DNA of 64,000 nucleotides from a virus, in IMG/VR virus record IMGVR_UViG_3300029787_000021, positions 9,432-73,431 of that record; one strand, 5' to 3'. The notes under the pieces are model-generated. The model saw only the letters and a list, made by a program, of their open reading frames with translations, searched no databases and was not told the DNA's origin. The position numbers and the translations under genes are program-made. The first letter of the stretch is position 1. Each line of letters starts with the position of its first letter. Shown here piece after piece: positions 9,776 through 18,612 of the stretch.

Positions 9776-10201
9776 TTAATCTAGTGGACCGTAATCTCCT
9801 CTTGACATTGCATCGCCAAACTCTCGAGATTGTTTTGTATCTACACTTACATAGATAGGATGATCTCCAGCACCTTTAACTCCTACACCATAATAAGAAC
9901 TAATTCTTATACCTTCCAATTTATTACCTCTTTTTTCATGCGACTCAACTACCTGGGCAATTATAGTTTTAATATCTTGTTTCCAGTTACCTTCAGGAAA
10001 AATTTCTTTTTGATTAGGGTTAAAAGAACTAGTATCAATAGGAACTTTAATACTTTGAATAGTGTCTGGTATTCTATCTACTGCTTTATAAAAGTCATCT
10101 AATGTATCTGCATTACCAATCCAGTTTTCAGTATATTTTTTTCCATTTATTATACTGGCGCTTTCTCTAAATCCTTCAAATATGATATTACTCAGTTTCA
10201 T
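9776..10201 (-). CDS. Hypothetical protein with MKLSNIIFE leader
   Basis: Start moved to ATG 10201; leader paralogous to the neighbouring gene. Confidence 0.65.
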   Translation of the reverse strand: MKLSNIIFEGFRESASIINGKKYTENWIGNADTLDDFYKAVDRIPDTIQSIKVPIDTSSFNPNQKEIFPEGNWKQDIKTIIAQVVESHEKRGNKLEGIRISSYYGVGVKGAGDHPIYVSVDTKQSREFGDAMSRGDYGPLD

Positions 10202-10619
10202 TTGTAGTCTTTTTATATTTACTGTGGTTAGATTCCCAGTTTGCTTTAGCATCTTCGTTTTTTTCTTTCTCTGCTTTAGTAGCATAAATTGCTTTTCTTT
10301 GAGCATCAGATTTATATTTTCCTTCATCCATTTCAGGGTGGAATAATAATTTAATTACTTTAGCTTCTTTTGCAACTGACTTACCATCTATTTCTACTTC
10401 TATAGGATATGGTTCGAATGTATCTGCCCAATATGCTATGTCGTAACTTTTATCTTTATTATTAGTTACTAATAAACCTCGATTATATTTATCTTCTTCT
10501 GCTTGAAGTACTATTTCTTTATCTATAGGTAATATTAAATCACCCATTAGTTTGATATCGCCTTCTTCATATCCACCTTCGTTGTATCGATTTTCAAGTA
10601 TTATATCAGATAATTTCAT
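10188..10619 (-). CDS. Hypothetical protein with MKLSDIILE leader
   Basis: 143 aa; internal MDE followed by GKYKSDAQRKAIYA basic module. Confidence 0.7.
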   Translation of the reverse strand: MKLSDIILENRYNEGGYEEGDIKLMGDLILPIDKEIVLQAEEDKYNRGLLVTNNKDKSYDIAYWADTFEPYPIEVEIDGKSVAKEAKVIKLLFHPEMDEGKYKSDAQRKAIYATKAEKEKNEDAKANWESNHSKYKKTTNETE

Positions 10620-10806
10620 TACGCTTAATTAATTCTCTTTTTATTATATTCTTTTTTCTTCTAAAGCTTAAACTTTCATACATCTTCTTTAATTCTTTAG
10701 TTGAAGTATTAGATGGTGTATAATGAATCCATTTCCATTTTTGTGTCATTCTGCCTCTAGAGTCTTTTTGGTATTCTTTAGTACTTGGTTTTAACTTTGA
10801 AGGCAT
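10606..10806 (-). CDS. Small basic hypothetical protein
   Basis: ATG 10806, MPSKLKPSTKEY... Confidence 0.6.
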   Translation of the reverse strand: MPSKLKPSTKEYQKDSRGRMTQKWKWIHYTPSNTSTKELKKMYESLSFRRKKNIIKRELIKRNEII

Positions 10807-10814
10807 AGCTTTTT

Positions 10815-10880
10815 TTAACAGTTGCAGCAAGAGCAGCTACATGAAGAGCCGCAGTTACAAGATTTACAATTACAATTCAT
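10815..10880 (-). CDS. Metallothionein-like microprotein (21 aa, 9 Cys)
   Basis: Manually translated MNCNCKSCNCGSSCSCSCCNC*; not in the ORF track; directly downstream of the late motif at 10900. Confidence 0.75.
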   Translation of the reverse strand: MNCNCKSCNCGSSCSCSCCNC

Positions 10881-11050
10881 ATTCATTGCTTTAATTTAAT
10901 ATAAATAGCTTTTAACCCGGTATCCTTATCAAAAAGTTATTAATTTAATAAAACCGTCTCTAAGCGTTTTAAATATTTTTAGATACATTTATATTACCTA
11001 AATTAGATACGTTTAAAAATACAGTAAAAAATAGAGGAGCTACTTAGCTG

Positions 11051-11542
11051 TTATATAAAGTCTTTACGGTAAAACTTGCCTAATATGTTATCGTTAATAT
11101 GAGCACTATATTTATTTTCTAATACTCCATTAACCATTAAGTGTTTAGTCTCAAAATACGTTAATAACTTTTTATTGGGAACAAATTCTAATATTTTCTT
11201 TTCCCAACTTTCATTTGAATTATCTTTTTTAGAAAGCTCTAAAATTTCTTTTTGAGATCCGTAATAATCTTTCCAATCTGATTCAGTAATAATTTTTTGT
11301 TTGAGAGGTGTTCGACCTTTCAACCCTTTTAAAGCTCTTTCTTCTTTAAGTTGTTGTAAAGCTCTTTTTCCTAATCTTTTATTTCTTTCAAAATAAAGCA
11401 CTTTCTTTCCTATATATCTTACATCAGTTGGTTTATACCAAACTTCGTAAATGAACCCGTAGGTTCCTTCTGGCATATCTGAAATATCTGTGATTATCCT
11501 CCCTTGGTAAGTCCAAGAAGGTACTGTTGGCATATTTTCCAT
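11051..11542 (-). CDS. GIY-YIG endonuclease (T4 endonuclease II/Seg-like)
   Basis: YGFIY...RYIGKK, ESDWKDYYGS, INDNILGKF. Confidence 0.8.
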   Translation of the reverse strand: MENMPTVPSWTYQGRIITDISDMPEGTYGFIYEVWYKPTDVRYIGKKVLYFERNKRLGKRALQQLKEERALKGLKGRTPLKQKIITESDWKDYYGSQKEILELSKKDNSNESWEKKILEFVPNKKLLTYFETKHLMVNGVLENKYSAHINDNILGKFYRKDFI

Positions 11543-11557
11543 ATTATATCCTGGTCG

Positions 11558-12505
11558 CTATAAACGAGCTTTAAGCTCATCTATCTGTAACTGCTGCTCT
11601 TTAATTGCTTCAATTAATAACGCGACAATTTTTTCATAACGTACTGCTTTCATTCCCGATTCTCGAGTCTGAACTATTTCTGGGAGAACAGATTCAATTT
11701 CTTGAGCTATTACTCCGACATCTCTACCTGAATAGAGATCTTGTTTATCATTCCAATCAAATGAAACTCCATTAATTTTAAATATTTTTTCTAATGGTGA
11801 ATCTATTGGTTGAATATTATCTTTTAACCTTTCATCCGAAGACTGAAATGCTATAACATCTCCTGATGCAGAAACTGCTCCTTTTACTAATATACCAAAA
11901 GGATTATCTCCAATTGATGATGATACTATTAAACTACCAGATACAGTAACATCCGCTGCAAATTTTTTCTCGCCTGTAAATGTTTGTGCTGTTGTTAAAT
12001 GTGCTGTATCAGCATCTAAATAAGCAGATGCAATTGCAGTGCCTTGCCATACACCGGTTCCTATTGTACCTACGGTTGTAATATTAGCTTGAGTAAAGTG
12101 TTCAGAAGATGCAAAGTTATCTGTAGAATCATGGTCAACTTGTGCTGAGCTTGATATTACTCCTTCACCTTCTTCTTTTAAAAAGTCACCATCTATTTGT
12201 GCTGATGCTGAAACTAAACCTGTTGGTAGTGCTGCAACTACTCCATCAGTAAAAGTAGCTGTTGAGGTATCTAAAGCTATAGTTCTTGATGTTGCTATTG
12301 TACCTCCACCTGTTAATGCCCCAGTACCTGTTATACTTACACTTGAATGGTCTACATGTTCAGCAGATACAAAACCAGTAGTACTGTCGTGATCTACTTG
12401 TGCTGATGCTGAAAGTACATTACTTAATCCATCAAAACCTAATGAGGCTGATATTGATCCAGTAATGTATAAGGACCCTGTTAAATGTGTAGGTTGTACT
12501 GACAT
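11558..12505 (-). CDS. Tail fibre protein with C-terminal intramolecular chaperone (peptidase S74)
   Basis: SSDERLKDNI cleavage motif, GVIAQEI, terminal coiled coil. Confidence 0.85.
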   Translation of the reverse strand: MSVQPTHLTGSLYITGSISASLGFDGLSNVLSASAQVDHDSTTGFVSAEHVDHSSVSITGTGALTGGGTIATSRTIALDTSTATFTDGVVAALPTGLVSASAQIDGDFLKEEGEGVISSSAQVDHDSTDNFASSEHFTQANITTVGTIGTGVWQGTAIASAYLDADTAHLTTAQTFTGEKKFAADVTVSGSLIVSSSIGDNPFGILVKGAVSASGDVIAFQSSDERLKDNIQPIDSPLEKIFKINGVSFDWNDKQDLYSGRDVGVIAQEIESVLPEIVQTRESGMKAVRYEKIVALLIEAIKEQQLQIDELKARL

Positions 12506-12509
12506 TTAT

Positions 12510-13076
12510 TTAAGTTAATCTTATTTGTACAAAGTTTCCGTTTCTATATAGACCTCCTACTGGTATACCTCCTGTTGCTGCAGCTGTATCATTAGCATAG
12601 GTGGCACCCAATACTTCTGTTAGTATAATATGTCCGTCTTTGACAGTCATTGATGTGGCTCCTGTATTGGTTAAAGTAAAAGAACCAGAAGTTAATAAAC
12701 TTCCTGTTACATCTACAGAACCTGAAAATTGGTGTAAGTCCTGAGAGTCATCTCCAAACTTAGTTGAACCAGATTGATGAATTATAGACGAAGAAACAAA
12801 CTCAGTATGAAATTCTTGAGCTGTTATCGAATCAGTTATTACTAAAGAGCCGGTAATAGATGCAACGTTGTTTCCGTTTATAGAGCCGCTATAGTTAGTC
12901 CACGATGGTGATGCATTAAATGTCTTCTCAGCTCCAGAGCTTTCAGAAGTAAATAATGATAAATCACCTGTTTGAGGATTAACAGAAGATGAATTAAATA
13001 CAAACCTTAGGTTATTATCCATTTCTGTTTGTGTTAATGCACTTCCTTTTACTACTCTTAATTTTATTTCAGGCAT
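12510..13076 (-). CDS. Tail fibre-like structural protein
   Basis: KGSALTQTEMDNN N-terminus, GSTKFGDD, GGLYRNG C-terminus. Confidence 0.65.
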   Translation of the reverse strand: MPEIKLRVVKGSALTQTEMDNNLRFVFNSSSVNPQTGDLSLFTSESSGAEKTFNASPSWTNYSGSINGNNVASITGSLVITDSITAQEFHTEFVSSSIIHQSGSTKFGDDSQDLHQFSGSVDVTGSLLTSGSFTLTNTGATSMTVKDGHIILTEVLGATYANDTAAATGGIPVGGLYRNGNFVQIRLT

Positions 13077-13087
13077 AATTAATTAAT

Positions 13088-14074
13088 TTACATATCTAAT
13101 TTTATTACAAATGTCATATCAGTATCTTCAGTTTTAGGTAATGGTTGACCTAATTTAGCAACTGCTAATAATTCATTTGAGTCATTATATAACCCTACAG
13201 TTGTAATGTAAGGGTTAAAACTACTTCCTGTTACATTATCTTTCAAAATACCATCACTACTTTTTACAGAAGATGGATTTTGTGAAAAGTTCATTTCATA
13301 GTCTTTTACTTTACAACGTATGTTATAAGTATAAATAGGATGAGATGCTTTCCAGCTTATATCTAAATCCTCATTTATTAAATTTGTTAAACTTTCAGAG
13401 GTTATTAGAACTAACCCATGAGGGTATATTACATCTCCTAATTTTACACTGCTTGTAAAGTTTAATCCGTCTGATGCTGAGATTACTAAATTACCTTCAC
13501 CATCATCAATATACTCTCTTCCTTCACCTGTTCTTAAAAGTTCAGATGTAAGAGGTTCTCCTATATACTCTCCTACCATGTAATCACCATCAGCATCTGT
13601 AATTGAACCTCCTTCTATGTATGAACCTGAGTATGCTTTAAAAGCTTCCGCTCCAGATACATGCATAACAAAAGATCCAGGTTTTATATTAGTACCTACA
13701 TGCGCTCTTGGTATAGAAATTATAGAAGCTTCAGAAGCTATTTTTCTTGAGCCAGAGCTGAATCCTGATTGTATGTAATTATCGAACGAACCAGATTGTA
13801 ATTTATCATCACCGTGAATAAAGTTGGAATAATATAACTGGTTAATACTACTAAATGCTAAAAAGTTATTTCTTGAATTATTATTAAGAGTTGTAATTGA
13901 ATCGAAAGGACTTATATAATAATCTCCAGAGCTACTATAAGCAAAAAAAGTATCTATCCCATATGTCTGTAGCCCGTTTACCGCACCACTTTGAGAGATA
14001 GCGTTGTAGCTTTTATGAGCTACATAGGATGTTACATAAACATCTTGTTTGTTTAGTTTTTTGTAAGCACTCAT
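13088..14074 (-). CDS. Baseplate/tail-fibre attachment structural protein
   Basis: C-terminal YITTVGLYND..LLAVAKL motif shared with the next gene. Confidence 0.6.
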   Translation of the reverse strand: MSAYKKLNKQDVYVTSYVAHKSYNAISQSGAVNGLQTYGIDTFFAYSSSGDYYISPFDSITTLNNNSRNNFLAFSSINQLYYSNFIHGDDKLQSGSFDNYIQSGFSSGSRKIASEASIISIPRAHVGTNIKPGSFVMHVSGAEAFKAYSGSYIEGGSITDADGDYMVGEYIGEPLTSELLRTGEGREYIDDGEGNLVISASDGLNFTSSVKLGDVIYPHGLVLITSESLTNLINEDLDISWKASHPIYTYNIRCKVKDYEMNFSQNPSSVKSSDGILKDNVTGSSFNPYITTVGLYNDSNELLAVAKLGQPLPKTEDTDMTFVIKLDM

Positions 14075-14077
14075 TCA

Positions 14078-15118
14078 TTAATAATCAAGCTTTATCCTAA
14101 CTAATGCTTCTTTAGTAAAATCTTTTAATAACGGTTTTGATAGTTTAGCTGTTGCTAATAAGTCATTGTTATCATTATATAGACCTACAGTAGTAATATA
14201 CGATTGAGGACTATTAATCATAACGTCATGTCTTAATTCTCCAGATCCACTCGTATTAGAAGGATTAGAAGAATAATTAAATTCTGCATTTCTTGCTCTT
14301 ACGAATACTAAATTAGAAGAAACTGTCTCTTCCCCGTTAAGTTTAAATGAAGCTCCATCTACTATAGCATTAAATATCTTACCTGGGTTAGCTCCGTTAG
14401 CATTGTTACCTCTAGTAGATCCTAGTGTAATACCACCAGCAGATCCTGTTGCATCTAATGCCGCTGCGTTAAGTAGTATTAGTCCTACATCAGGTAGAAA
14501 CTTACCGTAAGAACCAAATGTTCCGTCTTTTGTAAATCCGCTACTGTTATTAAAGTTACCTGAAGTAACAACAGTTCCTAGAGAACCTGTTACAAGTTCA
14601 AATACTCTTCCTGCATCCGTAAATGTTGTTGTAGTTACTTGATTACTATTATCGGTTAGTACAATTCTTTCGTTTGCGTCTGATGGACACTTTAACGTTA
14701 ATGCTAATGTACCCGGTAATAATTTTTCTTTATATCTAGCTCTCTCTAATGATATTGCATAGAAGTGAGAACCAGAATAGTCTCCAAAAATAAAGCTATC
14801 TTCTTCATCTGCTAATACTAATGATCTGTACTGACCATATACAGTAGCGCTTGGTGTCGAACCTGTTACTGCAGTATTAAAATAAGCTGAGCCAGAACCT
14901 TTTTCATCTGCATAAGCTAATGAAAACTGTACCGCTGCTGTTGAATCATTACTAGCTGTTTGGTAAACGTTATAATAATATTCTCCTGAAGCACCTGCTA
15001 CCTGTGTTGAGGAAGTAATAAACTCTGTCTGTTCAGTTACACCATTACTAAAAATTGTTGATGTGACTGATTCAGCACTTATTACTACGTCTTGTGGATC
15101 AAATCTTTTATATGACAT
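14078..15118 (-). CDS. Baseplate/tail-fibre attachment structural protein (paralog of 13088)
   Basis: YITTVGLYNDNNDLLATAKLSKP. Confidence 0.6.
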   Translation of the reverse strand: MSYKRFDPQDVVISAESVTSTIFSNGVTEQTEFITSSTQVAGASGEYYYNVYQTASNDSTAAVQFSLAYADEKGSGSAYFNTAVTGSTPSATVYGQYRSLVLADEEDSFIFGDYSGSHFYAISLERARYKEKLLPGTLALTLKCPSDANERIVLTDNSNQVTTTTFTDAGRVFELVTGSLGTVVTSGNFNNSSGFTKDGTFGSYGKFLPDVGLILLNAAALDATGSAGGITLGSTRGNNANGANPGKIFNAIVDGASFKLNGEETVSSNLVFVRARNAEFNYSSNPSNTSGSGELRHDVMINSPQSYITTVGLYNDNNDLLATAKLSKPLLKDFTKEALVRIKLDY

Positions 15119-15128
15119 CTCTTATATA

Positions 15129-15785
15129 TTAATTAGTTTTAGTAATAGTTACAGGTATTGTAATTCTAGCTCCTGAATCTCTTCCGATTACAGTGATAGT
15201 AGTCTGTAAAGCTGTAACTGTACCAAATAAAGTATTTACTGCTGTTGCAGTTAAGTTTAATGATGTTCCTATTACAGTTTTAGATATATTAGTACCTATA
15301 GTCTCTGTGTTATTTAATCTTTCAGCTTCTTCTGTGTTTACACCTACTCCTATAAATGTTCCTAATACTCTAGCATCTGCTATAGTTGCTGAGTATCCGT
15401 TAGCTTCAAATGTATTTGTCGATCCAAGATAGTTTAGCGTTTGAGGGGTAATTGCTAAAGAAGCTCCTTGTTTTAATGTTATTGCAGCGTAACCTAAATC
15501 TAGTACAGGTATTTTTGAAGTACCTCTAGGTAGAGTAGTTAGCTTGTATTTCATTATTTGAGTTTCATCTGGAAACGCTTCTAAAAGAGGCATATTTTCT
15601 AATGCTTCTCCATAATATGCAGAACCTGAGGGATGGTTTGGATTATATAATGTATAATCTATTTCGTCATCTGCTAGTGCAAACTGTGTTAGTTTAAAGG
15701 AACCGTCCCCTCGTGCAAGTAATTCTCTTCCTTTCTTGGTCAGAATTGCATCAACGGTTACCACTGAGTTATTTAAGTATCCCAT
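15129..15785 (-). CDS. Baseplate structural protein
   Basis: ILTKKGRELLA...FALADDEIDY, resembling fibre-attachment N-terminal domains; module context. Confidence 0.55.
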   Translation of the reverse strand: MGYLNNSVVTVDAILTKKGRELLARGDGSFKLTQFALADDEIDYTLYNPNHPSGSAYYGEALENMPLLEAFPDETQIMKYKLTTLPRGTSKIPVLDLGYAAITLKQGASLAITPQTLNYLGSTNTFEANGYSATIADARVLGTFIGVGVNTEEAERLNNTETIGTNISKTVIGTSLNLTATAVNTLFGTVTALQTTITVIGRDSGARITIPVTITKTN

Positions 15786-15838
15786 TTTTGTTATTAATTA
15801 ATTTATTATAAATATGTTCATTATTAAAAATAACCTTT

Positions 15839-16957
15839 TTATACTCCTGAGCCGGTTATATAAGCTCCTTTTTCATTAGTACCAAATACTTCGCCGGTTT
15901 CTAAGATAAATATCTTTTGACTAGGTATACGTACATATCTCCTTGTGCTTTCATCGTAATCATAAATATGGCTACCAGATGTTGGGTATGTGCTATATTC
16001 CGTAAAAAACTTCTGCCCTACTGAGGAAGAGGTGTTATTAATAATATGAAATATAGGAGAATTAGTTGAACTGCTATAAAATATTCTTTCTGTACCAGTA
16101 TCTTTAAAATTAAAATAAAAAGTTTCTATGCTTCTTTCATTAGGATCAATTCCTACTATTGTAGTATTATCCGCAAATAATTCGTGTCTAGAACCTTGAA
16201 ATGATATAAAAGACAGCGCCGGTGTATCTTCGAAAAAGTCAGATACTTGTGCTGTATCTCCTACAGGGTTGTAGTTTGAACCAATAGCAAATAGTTTTGA
16301 ACCATTATACCTACCGTTTATCCACCCGGTAGAATAGTAATTACTTTCCTGGACTGAAGCTTCTAAACTTCTTGAAGTAGCATTTTCTAAACTTGCAGTT
16401 ATTTGTTCTAGGTTATTAGGTTGTAATTGACTCCTATCTCTATCTACTACAAACCTAAAATATGATTTTTTTACTTCTATTGCATTATTTTCATTTGCTT
16501 CGTATTGACTTAAATCAATTCTTCCTTCTACAAACGGTTCTAAGAATACAGTTTTATCTACAACATTATTACTTCCTGTGATAAGATTATTAAAGAAAGG
16601 ATCTCCTTCAGTATATGTTGAAGCACTAAGTAAAAGGCCGTCATGATCTTGAGCTTCTAATCTACCAAATTGTATAAAGTAGTATCCGGTTTTTCGAGTA
16701 AGGTTAAGGTCTTTAAAATCTAATCTTGACGGACCTTGAGTTAATTGGCCAGACGACGATTGAAATATAGTTAATTCATTTAACTGATTTAAAGCACCTT
16801 CAACGTCAATTGCATTATCACTTTCAAAAGGAATCGATACTGCCCTAATTACATAATCAACTAAAGCTGCTCCAACTATATTAGATGAAGACATAAGTAT
16901 GTTAATTGACCCGTCAGCTGGTTTTTGATTCGAAAAGTCTAGTAGATTAATTGGCAT
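15839..16957 (-). CDS. Putative structural protein
   Basis: 372 aa within the tail module; SGS/TGS/SAS rich. Confidence 0.5.
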   Translation of the reverse strand: MPINLLDFSNQKPADGSINILMSSSNIVGAALVDYVIRAVSIPFESDNAIDVEGALNQLNELTIFQSSSGQLTQGPSRLDFKDLNLTRKTGYYFIQFGRLEAQDHDGLLLSASTYTEGDPFFNNLITGSNNVVDKTVFLEPFVEGRIDLSQYEANENNAIEVKKSYFRFVVDRDRSQLQPNNLEQITASLENATSRSLEASVQESNYYSTGWINGRYNGSKLFAIGSNYNPVGDTAQVSDFFEDTPALSFISFQGSRHELFADNTTIVGIDPNERSIETFYFNFKDTGTERIFYSSSTNSPIFHIINNTSSSVGQKFFTEYSTYPTSGSHIYDYDESTRRYVRIPSQKIFILETGEVFGTNEKGAYITGSGV

Positions 16958-18552
16958 TACTTAATATTGTGTGTTAGGATTCCGTTTGCATAATAAACGT
17001 CATCTGTTTCTACATTTAATTTATATACAGCTCCATTATACGATTCTTCTATTATGGATGTTATTTCAATTTCTTCTCCTGCAGCATTCATAAACTTATC
17101 TCCAAGCTGTAGTTCAGTAGCATATTTAATTATCCACTCACTACCTCTTTTTACTATATGTAAATGAGCTTTAGTAGTTTTTAATAAACCGTTATTAAAG
17201 TTCCATACATACTCTGGGTTTGATGATGTATTGTTTATTACTTCAGCCTCTGTAGCTGTTCCGTCTATACTTTCGTTAGACCATGCTCTTAAAGTATCAG
17301 CATTATCTGAATCTACTAATGTAGGAATATTTTTAGATAAAATTTTATCTCCTACTGATAGGTTTTCTACTGCTGTTGTTGTTCCATCTGCTTTTGTAAT
17401 CATAGTTCCTGCTACAACGCATAAATCTTGACAATCAGCTGCTGATGATACGTATCCGTAAGTACTTATCGTAAGTGCATCCCCAATACCAGTTCCGAAT
17501 CGTAATGCATAATAACCTGATGATAAATATCCGGTACCGGTTGCAGAAGTATATATTCTATCTCCTTGTACAGGATTAGTTCCAGAACCATCATGATAAT
17601 ATGTAGAATAAGATCCTCCATTACAAGCAGCTAATAAAGTTCCTCCAGAAAACATTTGTACAGCAGTTCTTACGATCGGTGATCTAGTAGGTGTTACAGT
17701 AGGTGATGGTGTTGCACTAGGTGATGGAGTACTACTAACTGATACACTAGGAGTTACTGATGGAGTAACGGATGGTGTTACTGACTTACTAGGAGTTTTA
17801 CTCGGTGTTACAGAAGGTGTGCTCTGTGGTGTTACAGATACCGAAGGCGTTTTACTCGGTGTTACTGACGGAGTAATAGAAGGTGTTGATGATACACCTG
17901 GTGTAGAACTTACCGTAATAGATGGTGTAATTGATGGAGTAACAGATACACTTGGTGTTTTACTTGGAGTAACGCTAGGGGTTACTGATGGTGTAACTGA
18001 TGGAGTAACAGAAGCACTAGGTGTTTTAGATGGTGTAGCTGATGGTGTTTTTGTTGGTGTTATTGACACACTAGGTGTTTTACTTGGAGTAATAGATACC
18101 GAAGGGGTAACTGATACTGATGGGGTAGCTGAAGGTGTAACTGATACAGAAGGAGTTGGTGGTATAAAATTAAAGTTATTTGTACACTCGTTTACACTTC
18201 TAAATATAAAAGTATTTACTCCTTGCCCTGAGGTTAGCGTAACTCCTCCGTTTAAATCATCTTTACCTAATACATTTTTATAAGTAGTACTGTTTAAAGT
18301 AACACTTCCTGTTAAAAGAGAAGTACCAGTATACTCATCTACTATATCTGCATATTCACCATTAGCTGATGCTGTATAGTCCCAGCCTCCTCCAGTTTCT
18401 GCAGCTGCATTAGGTCCTAAAATTTTATTTGCTTGAATTTCGGAGTTACAATATACAAAGAAAGGACCTGCATCCTGAATAGCACCTTGAGTACTACCGG
18501 TTGGGGTATCTTTAAATCCTATTACCTTATATTGAAATCCTAAAAAGCCCAT
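16957..18552 (-). CDS. Tail-module protein: Pro/Ser/Thr stalk, small Cys domain, C-terminal Hint domain
   Basis: VTPS repeats; Hint from CVVAGTMI (codon at 17421) to YYANGILTHN-IK. Confidence 0.8.
   Translation of the reverse strand: MGFLGFQYKVIGFKDTPTGSTQGAIQDAGPFFVYCNSEIQANKILGPNAAAETGGGWDYTASANGEYADIVDEYTGTSLLTGSVTLNSTTYKNVLGKDDLNGGVTLTSGQGVNTFIFRSVNECTNNFNFIPPTPSVSVTPSATPSVSVTPSVSITPSKTPSVSITPTKTPSATPSKTPSASVTPSVTPSVTPSVTPSKTPSVSVTPSITPSITVSSTPGVSSTPSITPSVTPSKTPSVSVTPQSTPSVTPSKTPSKSVTPSVTPSVTPSVSVSSTPSPSATPSPTVTPTRSPIVRTAVQMFSGGTLLAACNGGSYSTYYHDGSGTNPVQGDRIYTSATGTGYLSSGYYALRFGTGIGDALTISTYGYVSSAADCQDLCVVAGTMITKADGTTTAVENLSVGDKILSKNIPTLVDSDNADTLRAWSNESIDGTATEAEVINNTSSNPEYVWNFNNGLLKTTKAHLHIVKRGSEWIIKYATELQLGDKFMNAAGEEIEITSIIEESYNGAVYKLNVETDDVYYANGILTHNIK
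17690..18160 (-). repeat. Coding tandem repeat (S-V/A/I/K-T-P)n
   Basis: Degenerate 12-nt repeats such as gatggtgttact and ggagtaacaga. Confidence 0.9.
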
Positions 18553-18612
18553 TATATTTTATTATAAATATTTAAGTTAACATATATTTTTCTATTTTCC
18601 AACTTTTTCATA

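Noticed and set aside
9776-10327. Programmed frameshift or long overlap between ORFs 9776 and 10188
   Set aside because: Resolved by the internal start at 10201 with its own leader; similar start over-extension explains several other overlaps
10960-11025. Imperfect AT-rich palindrome with repeated TAGATAC in the intergenic gap
   Set aside because: Weak pairing in AT-rich DNA and a single occurrence; cannot be distinguished from chance
17819-18283. Plus-strand 154-aa GVTD-repeat ORF and other antisense ORFs (e.g. 3172, 6324, 7098, 15193, 26189, 28048, 36625, 44566)
   Set aside because: Shadows of minus-strand genes, with no promoter motif or plausible start context
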